64,000 nt of DNA. Origin: the human T2T-CHM13v2.0 reference genome, Homo sapiens. This document shows, in pieces, positions 1 to 14,027 of this stretch. Where the stretch lies: NCBI RefSeq assembly GCF_009914755.1, contig NC_060925.1; one strand, given 5' to 3'. The notes under the pieces were generated by a model, which was given only the letters and a program-made list of their open reading frames with translations, was not told the DNA's origin and made no database searches. Positions within the stretch are counted from its first letter, which is position 1. The number at the start of each line of letters is the position of its first letter. The translations under genes were made by a program, and so were the position numbers.

Positions 1-690
1 CCACCAATTACAAGTTTATTTCAGTGAAATACATTTCTCAATTCAGTGAGAATATTGTGTGTTAAAGTTTCAAAGGATCTTCCCACAAGTCAATTTCCAG
101 AGCATACTTGTAGAATTTCACATTTTAATCTTCTATACAGTTTGAGCTCTTGTCATCTATATTTCAGGGTCCCCTGTTTGCAAATTTTGTTTTTAATCAT
201 TGCAATTCATTACAGGCTTCAGAGGCTGAGCTTTTTGTGTTTCATTGGTTGAACACTTGATTATGGATTACAACTTATTTTGAACCACAAGCCATCAAAA
301 TTTAGATGACTTGTTTCCAAAACTGGAGTACTTTTTTTGTAGAGCATTTGGATTGACTCATGAAGTATGTTTTAAAGTTAAAAGCTGCCTAATGTCAGCA
401 ATTTCCTATCATTTCATTATTTCAAGTGTCAAATATTTCTCAAATCCAACTTGACAGGCAGCAAAGAGAGAACCGCACACTCTACTGATGAAATGTTTTT
501 AATCCAATTTAAACTTCATAAAAAATTTTTGTAGTTCAGTTACTCTCAGTTTATGTAAATTTTACACATTTCAAAAACTATAGCTTGTGCTTCTCTGGGT
601 AGAATTAGAACTGTGTTTGAGCTCAGTTATGAATTACATAGGTACATCAATTACAGGTACATTTCAGCATAATAAGTTTCTCAGCTTGGA
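1..690 (-). mobile_element. Possible ancient hAT (Blackjack-like) transposase remnant
   Basis: AT-rich; the minus strand gives broken peptides such as RVTELQ and RFS/LLPV resembling hAT transposase. Heavily decayed. Confidence 0.3.
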
Positions 691-700
691 ACATTATATC

Positions 701-977
701 TTTTTTTTATTTTTTATTTTTTTGAGACTGAGTCTTTCTCCATCACCCAGGACTGCAACCTCCGCTTCCCGAGTTCAAGTGATCCTCCTGCCTCAGCCTC
801 CCAAGTAGCTGGGACTACAGGCACGCACCACCATGCCCAGCTAATTTTTGTATTTTTGGTAGAGCTGGGGTTTCACCATGTTGCCCAGGCTGGTCTCAAA
901 CTCCTGACCTCCAGTGATCCACCCGCGGTCAGCCTCCCAAAGTCCTGGCATTAGAGGCATGAGCCACTGCTCCTGGC
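701..977 (-). mobile_element. Alu with internal deletion
   Basis: Poly-T then antisense Alu; TSD ggaacattat(a/g)tc. Confidence 0.93.
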
Positions 978-992
978 TGGAACATTATGTCC

Positions 993-1229
993 TTTTTTTT
1001 TTTTTTTTTTTTTTTTGAGACGGAGTCTCTCTCTGTCGCCCAGGCTGGAGTGCAGTGGTGCAATCTCAGCTCACTGCACCTCTGCCTCCTGGGTTTAAGC
1101 AATTCTCCTCCCTCAGCCTCCCAAGTGGCTGGGATTACAGGCAGGTGCCACCACACTTGGCTAATTTTTTTTGTTTTTAGTATAGATGGGGTTTCACCAT
1201 ATTGGCCAGGCTGGTCTTGAACTCCTGAC
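993..1229 (-). mobile_element. 5'-truncated Alu
   Basis: Long poly-T then antisense Alu; TSD acattatgtc. Confidence 0.93.
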
Positions 1230-2182
1230 ATTATGTCTTAAAGTGCTAACTCTGTTCACTGCACATAACCTCATATGTTCCTAGATGAGACCACTGAAAT
1301 AGAAAGTGAAAGTCTATCCAATTCTTCCATCTCATTTTAATAAGTCTTAGTAATAACTACTTGTATTTTGAATAAAGAAATGAAAAATCCAGGACAAAAT
1401 AAACCAGACAGGATGCAGGGTGATAGGCATACACTGAGACTTCTAGGCAAGTGAGCAACTGGTCAGCCGAATTAAAGCCCTTGGAGGGGTTCCTGTACCC
1501 TAGGTTCTTAATACATGCTTGTTGAATGAACAATCGGAGGTAGCTTATTTGTTTGAATAAGGCTTTCTGTGTGTTACTGCAAAGGAATGAGGATGGGACA
1601 GGTTTAGGCTTTGTAACAAGACCTCCCAAAGGCTAACACATAGGCGGCTGCTTCCTCGGCAAGCAGAGATGACGCTTGTGGCCCTTTTTGAAACACCTTT
1701 TTTACATGCCAGAGGTATTTAACTTGACCGTACCAAATGGTACGGTCAAGTTAAAAGGGTTATCCGCCCTTTTAACTCAAATATCCCGTTGGGATCAAAC
1801 ATTTTTGCTCTGGAGACCTTTGTACCTGTGCAGCATCAGTATAAGGATAGCCTGGGGGTGGTAACCCAGACACAGCTAACAGCGGGGTCTGAGTGGCTTG
1901 GCCAGAGTCTTGGCCTCAAATTGAGGGCACAGCAGTGGTTCTGACTGTTCCTCTTCGGGGAACGTTGTACATCAGGAGGGGCCTGATGGTAATGTTGGTG
2001 TAAAATGTCTCTGCTGTGATCCACCCTTGAAGACTGTGAGCTGTGCAGAACGAAGCAGGTCATGGCTTGTCCTCTAGGATGTGATGGGAGGCTGAAAGCA
2101 TCTCTCTGCTGTGACGTAGGAGGGACCGTGAGCCTTATGCTAGGCACTCCTTCCAGCCCAAGGCAGCATCGTCTGCTTTGGT

Positions 2183-2474
<292 letters not shown>

Positions 2475-2863
2475 CTGCTTTGGTTTTATTCTGACTGTGG
2501 CTCCTAGGAAGAAAAAGAAAAGATGATGCTTTGGAAGCTGTAGGGTTGGGAAGCTGGAGACTTCTTGTGATGGAGAGGTACACCCAGTAGATACTTATTT
2601 AAATACTTATAGAAAGACGACTTTATGCCGGACACTGTGTTAGGTCCTGGCTATACAGGAAGAAGAGAAGTGGCATCTGCCCATCCTACGCAGTTCTCCA
2701 GGAAGGAGGTGGCAGGAGTGACATTTGGGCCATCCAGGCAACTCACCAAGTCCCTTCGCAGCACTCCTGAAAAGCTCTGAGATGTTTTGAAGCTAAAACA
2801 GACAAACAAAAGGGACCAAAGAGGTGGCATGAGTAGCATGAGTCAGATGTGATTAATTCCTAA

Positions 2864-3244
<381 letters not shown>

Positions 3245-3492
3245 TAGGGTCTTGCAGGGATAACAGTGATTAGAGCCTGAACACAAACTACATTTATCCC
3301 ATGTCAGAAATGAATAGCTTATCAAACGTACCAACTTAAAAGATGCAAGAATTGTGCAACAATAGCTACCTTCTTTTCAAACAAAATAAACATCACTAAA
3401 AAACTCTAATCTTAATTCTTTTTCAAGAAATGGATAATTCCTCCACATCATTCTCCTTTAAAATTTTGTAGATTCTCCCTTAAGTTACTTAA

Positions 3493-3988
<496 letters not shown>

Positions 3989-4289
3989 AGGATCATGTTT
4001 CTTTAAACCACACATGATACCCAGAAGGCATCATAATAGAGTTGGCTTCATCATCTTCCTTATCATAGGTTATGCTTGATTTCAAAAGAAATTTGTTCCT
4101 CGACAATACACAGAAAATGCACTTAACAATAGCCCCTGAAGTTTTCCCCAGCCAATGACTGGTTAGCAGTCTAATAAGGATCATATTGGACAAGTATCTT
4201 TAACACAAAACAGCACAGGGAATCATGGGCCACTCTCATCGTTAGGCTCTCTTCACAGGTATAGCCTATGTTAGAAGGCTTCTGAACCA

Positions 4290-5242
4290 CAGATGCTAAA
4301 GAAAAATTAGTTAAACTGAAGACTGATGAAGTATTCCCTACAAATGAAAAGGCAATCTTATATGACAAAGGACACTATCAGGAGGTTGAAAAACAACCTA
4401 TAGAATGGGAGAAAATATTTGTAAATCATATGTCTATGATTAATATCCAGAATATATAAAGAACTCCTGTAAGTCAACAACCATCACCACACCCAGTTCA
4501 CAAATGGGCAGAGGAATCTTATGGACATTTCTCCAGCGGAGATATATGCACAGCCAAGGAGCACGTGAAAAGATACTCAGCATCATTAGTTGCTAGAGAA
4601 ATGCAAAGCAAACCCCAAGAAGGTACCACTTCCTAGCCAGCAGGATGTAGCTATTAAAACAACAACAGAAAATCAGTGTTGGCAAGGGTGTGGAGGAATT
4701 GCAGTCCGTGTGCGTTGCTGGTGGGAATGTAAAATGGCATAGTCATTGTGGAAAGGAGTGTGGCAGTTCCTCCAAGAGTCGCATATAGAATTGTCACATG
4801 GTCCAGCAATTCCATTCCTAGGTTACCCAAAAGAATGGAAAGCAGGGGAGCTGGAGGCCATTATGCTAAGTGAAGTAACTCAGGAAGGGAAAGCCACATT
4901 CCTATGTTCTCAGGTATAAGTGGGAGCTAAGCTGAGGGTCCACAAAGGCAGAGTGGAGGAATGGACATTGGAGACTCCGAAGGGGAAAGGAGATGGAGGA
5001 TTAAAACGCTACATTTTGGGTACAACATATACTACTTCGGTGACAGGTGCACCACAATCTCAGACCTCACCACTATACAGTTCATCCACGTAACCAAAAA
5101 CCACTTGGACCCCTAAAGCTATTAAATAAAATAAATAAATATAAACATTCAGTAACATTATCTTTAGAAGAACACTTTTTAATAAACCTGGGCATGAAGA
5201 AAAAAGGCTGAATAATATTCCATCGTATGCGTGTGTATATCC

Positions 5243-5275
<33 letters not shown>

Positions 5276-6645
5276 CACACACAATGTATATGTCTAGTGT
5301 TACCAACTTAGTTTCCTTTCCTTCAATATTAAACGTCTCATATTTCCCCCAGACTTTTTGAGAGATAGTTGAGAAATAAAGCTGTGTAAGTTTAGAGTGT
5401 AGTATGTGATGATTTGATATATATTGTGAAATTATTAACACAAGTTAGGTGACACACCTGTCACCTGTCCTAGTTATCATTTTTTTTTTGTATTGTAGTG
5501 AAATAAATGTCTCATTTAAAAAAAAAGAATTGAAAGCAGGAAATGAAACAGATACTTGAATACCAATGCTCATAGTAGCATTAAGCATAATAGCCAAGAG
5601 GTAGGAACAACCCAATTGTTCATCCACAAATGAGGAGAGAAAATGTGGTATGTAAATATAATGGAATATACGTTTCATGGAAAAGAATGTATCTTTCAAT
5701 TTTTAATTTTTGTGGGTACATAGTAGGTGAATATATCTATGGGATCCATGAGATGTTGGGATACAGACATGCAATGTGAAATAAGCACGTCATGGAGAAT
5801 GGGGTATCCATCCCCTCAAGCATTTATCCTTTGAGTTACAAACAATTCAATTACACTCTTTTAGGTACTTAAAAACGTACAATTAAGTTGTTATAGTCAC
5901 CCTGTTGTACTTTCAAATACTAGATCTTATTCTTTCAAAAATTGGTTGAACCTATTAACCATCCCCACATCCCCCATACTCTCCCAATACCTTTCCCAGC
6001 CTCTGGTAACCATCCTTCTACTCTCTATGCCCATGAGTTCAATTGCTTTGATTTTTAGGTCTCACAAACAAGTGAGAACATGTGATGTTTGTCTTTCTGT
6101 TCCTGGCTTATTTCACAAAATGATCTCCATTTCCATCCATGATGTTGCAAACAACAGGATCTCATTCTTTTCCATGGCTGAATAGTACTCCATTGTGTAT
6201 ATATACCACATTTTCTTTATCCATTCACCTGTTGATGGACATTTAGGTTGCTTCCAAATCTAATGGAATATATTATTCACTCATAAAAAGTGTGAAATTC
6301 TGATACATGCTGTTAATATAACACGGATGTACCTTGCAAGCATGTTGAGTAACATAAGCCACACCCCAAAGGACAAATATTGTATGATTCCACTTATACA
6401 AGGTACCTGGCACAGGCAAATTCATAGAGACACAAAGTAGAATGGTGGTTACCGGGGGCCGGGGGAGTAGGGAGTGGGGAGTTGTTACTTAATGGGTAGA
6501 GTTTGTTTGTTTGGGAAGGTTCTGGAGATAAAGGATGTGATGGTTGCACAACAATGTGAACGGGCGCAATGCCACTAAACTGTGCGCTTAGTTGCAAGGT
6601 TACAATAGGACATTTTATGTATATTTCACCACAATAAAAATAGGA
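4290..6645 (+). mobile_element. Old L1M 3' end interrupted by nested L1 3' fragments (sense about 4850-5140; antisense about 5360-5500 and 5695-6260)
   Basis: L1 ORF2-end/3'UTR motifs (gaatgggagaaaatattt, ccagcaattccattcctagg, ggacaaatattgtatgattccacttata) resume across the insertions. Confidence 0.8.
5243..5283. repeat. (TA)n(CA)n microsatellite
   Basis: Seen directly. Confidence 0.95.
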
Positions 6646-7997
6646 AAAGGCAGGTGATTTCTAAGGACACAAGTCCCTTGGGGTTGCTAGTTCTGTCAGA
6701 CTTTTCCCCTTGTTTTTCTGAATGACAAGGATTAGTAGTGGATAATAATGAGTGGATTCATGGATTTGAGCAGGACATGAAAGAATTTCCATAGACAGAG
6801 ATGAAAGGGCATTTCTGACTTGAAACCTGGGATGAGCACCGATGCAGGAGAGGCACGAAAGCTCACAGCGTGTTCAGGGCGTAGTGAATAGAGGGGTGCG
6901 TGCCCCGAGCCTGCAGAGCGGGCAGGGATGTGTAGGAAGGCACCTTCATCCTCCTCACTCAGCCTCCCAGCTCCAGGTCCAAAGCCGCCAAATCATCTTT
7001 CTTGTCACCATCACATGATAAGGGGGAGTCCTTCCAGACTGCCAGTCAATGAAGTAACACACACAGCCACGGTCATGCCAGTCTGAGCCCATCGGGCGAG
7101 CCCTGAGGGGAATAACAGTCTTGGTGGCATTGGGCAAGCCCCGAGGACTCCATCTCGGGGAATAACAGTCTTGGTGGCATCGGCGCTTCACCAGGCCTCC
7201 TGGAACCATATTCGGGATCCCCAACTGAGTGCTGGAAAGACCACTGGTCAGGAGCAGGGAGCAGGGGTGGAAGGAGGTGGCTCGTCCTGACCTTGACAAT
7301 GAGAATCCTGTTTTAAGCTTCACGCTGCTGACTAAACAGAAAGGCCACGGCACAGGGACAGACGTGCGCATGAAATCACAGGAAGAAAGACATTTCACGA
7401 ACAAATGCATCCTCCCAAACCAGTCTGAATCCCTCCGGACAGGGTGATGTTACCACGCAACTGGCCTGGCCTAATGAGCTGGTTTCTGTCATCCCTCCTG
7501 GAAGGTTACCCTGTAACACAAGGCGTGCCCACTGACATGCAGCCTGATGGAGCAAGGTTACACCTGTCTGCCTTTTGTGTGCACAAGATCAGAACACAGT
7601 CAAGTGAATACAAATGCAACAGCTGCTTGGGGCTCAAACTTGCATAGTCTATTTTATTTGGATAGAGAGCATAAAATTGGCTCTACCAAAGTCTGGAGGC
7701 TGGAAGTAATCATAATTGTAATCTAGTATAATTACCAAGCCTAGACCTTTACCTAGTCCTATTTAACCTCCCTTTCACCTTTCCAAGGAATGTGGAGGGA
7801 TAAGAGAGTCACTGAATAAGTTGGTTGGTAATACTGTATTGTATCTCTCAAATCCATTGTTTTTTTTTAAAGAATGAGATCAATAAATATAAATTCCAAT
7901 ATTTTCTTCCCCAAAGCACCATCTTGTACCGCTTTGGAGAACATTAGAGGGACTCACCTGGGTTTCCAGAGCTGGAAAACATAAGCCCCATAATGTA

Positions 7998-8414
7998 CCC
8001 AGTCCCCACGGCGCGCTGCCATCTTAGGCCCAGTCCCCACTGCACGCTGTCATCTTAGGCCCAGTCCCCGCTGGGCGCTGCCATCTTAGGCCCAGTCCCC
8101 GCTGGGCGCTGCCATCTTAGGCCCAGTCCCCGCTGCGCGCTGCCATCTTAGGCCCAGTCCCCGCTGCGCGCTGCCATCTTAGGCCCAGTCCCCGCTGCGC
8201 GCTGCCATCTTGGGCCCAGTCCCCGAGGCCCAGTCCCCACTGCGCGCTGCCATCTTAGGCCCAGTCCCCGCTGGGCGCTGCCATCTTAGGCCCAGTCCCC
8301 GCTGCGCGCTGCCATCTTAGGCCCAGTCCCCGCTGCGCGCTGCCATCTTAGGCCCAGTCCCCGCTGCGCGCTGCCATCTTAGGCCCAGTCCCCGCTGCGC
8401 GCTGCCATCTTAGG
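7998..8414. repeat. 31-bp CpG-rich VNTR, 13 full units plus one truncated unit
   Basis: Unit GGCCCAGTCCCCGCTGCGCGCTGCCATCTTA; truncated unit near 8212-8226. Confidence 0.97.
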
Positions 8415-9759
8415 GTTTTGCTTAGGGGGCAGATAGAAAATAGTAAATGAAACCCTTTCAGATATTTCCTGGCCTTATTTAGTAAACACGTCTTTTTGAA
8501 AGAACTCTGAATACACCTGCAGATTTTTCAAAGCCCAGATTCTACACACTTCTAATGTCAACCTTGAAGGGAGATCGTAGATTGAATTACAGAAAGGGGT
8601 GCTGTCAAAATGCCACATCAAATATAAACTTCACATATGTTTCTTACCTGAAACACTCACTCACACTCATGGAAAAGCACAGGAATGTTCTAAAAATGCA
8701 AGTTTATCACGAAGGAGACACAGGAGGTTCAGAGACGATGAAGCGGCAAGCCGGGAGGAAAGATCTGAGAGAAGCCACCAGGCTGGGGCAGCATTTCATT
8801 ATATCCAGAATTCCACTTGGGCTCTGCAGTTTCTTTCTTCCTGAGAATTATTTAAAAGTCCCTGGGGAAGGACAAGAGTAAGAAAAAATCAAGGGAGAGC
8901 CTCTGGGTTACTATGACAACATGACTCTTGACCCCTTCTCTCTCACCCAGCAGTGCCTAAGTCCCTTTTGCATTGCTGCAGAGATCTCTGGCACTGTGAT
9001 TAGCACATACTCCTAAACCTGAGGATGATTTAAAGTGGAAGGAGATCAAAGTTTCTAAATAGTACAATGAGCTCATCTTGACTCAAAAGATGTGTAATGG
9101 TTATAATGCAACATAACTGAGATGTTTCCTTATCCCCCCCACCAGTAAAGCTGGTCACAGACCGTTGCAAAGGCTCTGTGAAAAATGACAGGTCTATGGA
9201 AATGTCTACTGCAAAGCACTGATAACTCAGGATAATGATTCAGGCCAAAAAAAAATTTAAAAGGAAGTGAAACTTCAGACAATGTGAAACATGTCAGAGT
9301 CGTGTTTGCATTCTAAATTGCAGTAATGATATAAACATCATTATTCCTAATCTGATCCTGCAGGTGGATCAAATACGCACACATCTATTAAAGAACAGTC
9401 TGCATGCTCAGTAAGTGCACAGGGTCTTATTACCGAATCTTTCAGCACATCTTCGTTTCATCTTTAACTTCATTAGAATATGTAAGTTTTGGCAGTCTAT
9501 TGATTCAGGAGAAATCTATGGATCTATTATTTTCTATTTGTCTATAAAGTCCACTAATTCACCTTCTAAGTTGTTGTTTTGGGTTTTCATCAAAGTGATG
9601 ACATTCCAACTCCTGATTATGCTACATTGAATAAAAATAAATGTAGGATTTTCTCCTTTCTGACCTAGAGCTAATAAGTTGTACATATTGGCTGAGTTAC
9701 TGCAAAGAAAGGGCAAAATGAAAACACAGCTCTTATAGTCAAGGTTCTTAGGATCTTAT

Positions 9760-10512
9760 TGAGATGAGCTCCTCAGAATCAGCCAAACTTCAAACATGGA
9801 GAGCACGGCCCCCAGTCTGCCAAGTCGGCCCAAGACTACTGACACCTACTGCAAGCAATTAGGGTCCAACTACAAAGTTAGCAGAAAGAGCCCACCCAAG
9901 ACCACTGTCACGTGTGACAACTGCATGTTTGGAGGGTTCCCAAAACGACCCTCAGGCTCGTAATTCTCTAGAGGGACTCACAGAATTCACGGAAAATACT
10001 CATGGCTACAATTTAATATGTTGGAAAGGAGACAGATTAAAATCAGCCAAAGGAAGAGACACATGGGGCAGAATCTAGGACGGTTTCAAAAGGGACGCTT
10101 CCATTGTCATCAGGACACATTACATTACCTTCCCGGCATCCGTGTGTGATGGTACACGTGGAGCACTGCCAACCCAGGATGCTCACCTGAGCCTTGTATC
10201 CAGAGTTGTTACTGTGGTTTCATTACATTGGCATGATTGATTGATTGATTTCCCATGTGGTCTAACTCAGTCTCCAGGTGGACTGGTACTGTGTGACCCC
10301 AAAGCCCCTGCCCTAAATCACATGGTTGATCCTTCTCTTGCAACCAGCTTGGACCATATGACTATCAGGTATGGCCCATCCTACCCTAAGATCTTATGTG
10401 GCCAACCCTCACCATAACAAAGGCACTCCCAGTGAGTATGATGTAGTTTACCTCCCAGAAGCTCATGGAAAAGGCCACATCTATCTTTGGGAAAGGTCAA
10501 ATTTTTTACTAC
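9760..10512 (-). mobile_element. LTR, MER21-like
   Basis: Reverse complement of the right end resembles the MER21 start (TGTAGTAAAGAATTTAACCTT-like); internal ggactcacagaa and aaatcagccaaaggaagagacacatggggcag motifs. Confidence 0.65.
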
Positions 10513-10739
10513 CCAAGCCTGACCTGAGAAGTGCTAAATTGTGAGGGTGGAAAGGGGCTAGTGTGAGCTTGGATGAACGAAGTATCTGAAGAGCAATGGA
10601 AGGAACATGGAATGTTCTTAAACAACAGAACATTTTTAGGACCATAGAGTATTGGAGTTGAAAGAATTTGGGAGATTATTGCATTTCTTAATAAGAGCAC
10701 TGCCATGCAGAAGTGGCCTTGTCTTGGTAACATGATAGA

Positions 10740-11055
10740 AGCACATGATAACTGTCTTTAAAGTGTGAGGGGCCCATGTGAGCAACAGGGTTTATTTTTA
10801 CCCCATATAATCCTAGAGAACAAAGCCAGTGGCCATGGGTTAGAAGTTATTAAAAAGAAGATTTAAGTTTAATAGAAGAAAGAGCTTTCTAATAATTGAG
10901 GCTATTCAGAATATTACACAGGCTGTACTGGGAGATGGTAAGTTCTCCCAAGTTAAAAATATTCAAGCAGAAAGCAGATCACCTGTTACCATGGCAGTGC
11001 TTTTATTAGGAAATGCAATAATCTCCCAAATTCTTTCAAGTCTAATACTCTGTGG
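10740..11055 (+). mobile_element. L3/CR1 3' fragment
   Basis: aagagctttctaataatt...gagatggtaagttctccc...tattcaagcaga resembles a CR1/L3 3' end. Confidence 0.5.
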
Positions 11056-13500
11056 CCCTAAAAAGAGTTTTCAATCTTGACAGAATTGTATTCTGGAATT
11101 AGTGGACTATTTCTTTCATAAGTCATTATGTGAATTACCTTGAAAATTTCTAATATCGTACCTGAGTGCCATGGCCTTGGCATGAATATACACTTCCTGA
11201 GCAGAACTTAAGAATGAGAATATCTGGAGTAATTCAGGTTCTGCTAATTCTGCATGGTTGTCACTGCGATGATGTTCATTGTTCTAGGTAAGAAGGATAA
11301 ATGAGTAATAAAAGTTTCATGGGACACATATAAGTGAACTCATGTTTTATATCCACTTCAGTCATTCATTGCAAGCGAGTCTTGTTCAATGAGATCAAAG
11401 CAGATTGGTTAGGATTTTGACTTGAAACCTTCTGTTATTTATAAATTGGAGTTACATCATATATTTCTTCTAAAAGATTCTATTGAGACTGTTTGCTGTC
11501 TACAGCTGGTCTTTCTCCAGAAGTAGGTTGAATTGCCATGAATTTTATCTTATTCAGATAAATAGAATGCTGGTATCTAGGATCCAATAGATTCATGTGG
11601 CCCAAATTTCATCCAGACTTCATCCTCCTCTGTGTACAGTGGCAACTATTAAAATCATAACAGAGACTTGTTGGCTCCAGCCCATACTTGCAATGTAAAA
11701 CCTCCACTTGGTGCAAACTCTTTCCATCCAGTATTTTCTGATGTCCCTGAGGGCTCTCATGAATGCTCATCACACGTCTCCTCCTGGAAACAACTGCTGC
11801 TTCACCAAGAATCGCAGGCCCCACGGGGAACCATCACTTCTCTCCTGCCTGTCACTGGGCACAGCCACCAACATTCCAGAGCCATCATGGTGCCAGCCCC
11901 AAATGACCAGGATGGTGTCGGGAAGAACGCGTCTCTCCCACGCATTATCCTGCCTCAGAGGAATCTCAAATGATGCTGCTTGCACCTCAGGGTTCTACAG
12001 TGTTTCATAAAAAGAGATCGATGAGCAAATAAATAGATTAACTTCATGTACTCTTAATAGTTCAAGACCTCTGCCAACCAGCGGTCTCAGGATAAGCAAG
12101 ACATGACCTCATAATAGGAGGTGTGCTGGTTGGATCACAAAGGCTGGTCCTTCAGCCAGAGTGGGTGGTTCTCTGCAGGGACCTCTTCTAAGCTCTCCTT
12201 GATGAGACAACTAATCATCGTGTACACTGCCGAATGACAGTGTTTGCAGAACCTCTAGCATGCATGCTGGCCTCGGCTATCTCTGCCAATACTTTATTAC
12301 ACAAGCCAGAGTCACCTTCATCGGAAGACTTGAGAACTTGGCTTCTCTATCCCACGAATGTTATGCAGTCATCTTCCCAGCATCCTGCAGGACAGACCTG
12401 CTTATGCCATTTGCAGTACAAACAAAGTACTATCTATCTGAAATTGAGCAGCAAGTACTTTAACTTCACGTACCTCTCCTTCTGAAAATGCCATCAGGAT
12501 AGCTCAGCCCATACCAAGCTTCTGGTACTTCTCTAGTACCCCAAAGCAAGTAATTCATGCCCTAAGGCATTAGCATCCTTGAAGGGAATGTTGCCAAGAC
12601 AAGGCCACTTCTGCAGAGCAGATACCTTCCCCAGAGGGGAGGCGTCCAAAGTCTTGCCTCAAACGTAGGAATGTTCAGGAAGCAGTCATGGACAGCGAGA
12701 TCATCAAGTCCCTTAGGAATAAGTAAACTCAAATAAAATAAAAATAAAGTGATTTTCCCTTTTGGAGGTATGTGTTTCAGTCTGGCGCAACTCAACACTG
12801 TCAGAAATAATAAAGACACTTACTTGAGACCTAGGAGACCCTTTGGGGCAGAATTGCCCTCAGCAGAGCTGGTGATGGTTTCCCTTGAGAACAGCCTTTC
12901 CCATGAGGGATAAGGAACTGCGGAGATGCTGCTCACCTTGGCCAGGAGCATTGGGCCAGGGATGATGGCTTGGGACCCTGGTCCCTGGCATCTCAGGCTG
13001 GTCTCCAAGGGTCACTGGTGACCTTTCAGGGGACAAAAGAAAAGGATCTTCACAGATAGTTGGCTGTAAATAGGAAGGAGGCAGGGTCAGTGGTGAGGAG
13101 GATATTTGAACAGTCAGCGTGTATTTCAAAGCCGTGGTTCTGTCCCCCTCTGGTGTTGCTTCCTTCTCCTCTTCACTCTGCAGCCGCCTCTTGGTGGTCA
13201 GAGGGTGAATGCAGGGCCCTGGGGTTTGGGGCCTAGGGCTGGGAGATCAGAGCTCTTGGAGCTGGCTTGATACCTGGCAATCCTCATCCAGCATCTCCAT
13301 CTCTCTACGACGCGTTCTGGCACGTTGCAGGTGAAGTGGGTAGAGCGTGGGATGGTTACTGGAATCGATGTAGTTCCAGGGTGCTGTCCTTAAGAGTGCG
13401 AGTGGTACCAGTCAGTGTTCTCGGCATTTAAATATTAGTTGTTGTTATCTTGGCTATCTCATGCGTGTAAGAATTCTGTGTGTGTAGTTTCCATCCTTAA

Positions 13501-13836
<336 letters not shown>

Positions 13837-14027
13837 GCAAGACAAAAACTCTCTCCCTTTTCTAGAAAAGAGCATGCCTGTGCGTATGGCTGGCTGTGTG
13901 CCTACAGTTCATGTGCCTGTTTCCGTTTTTGCTGCTCAAAGCCATGGATTGGTGTGTAGTCAGGACCTGCATTCTCTGCTTGGTGGTTCAGTGTCTGGGA
14001 TGATACTGTTTCCCGGTTACTCTAGAG

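Noticed and set aside
7998-8414. CRISPR-like arrays (also 17360-17651 and 43273-43461)
   Set aside because: Head-to-tail repeats without unique spacers, in a eukaryotic genome with no cas genes.
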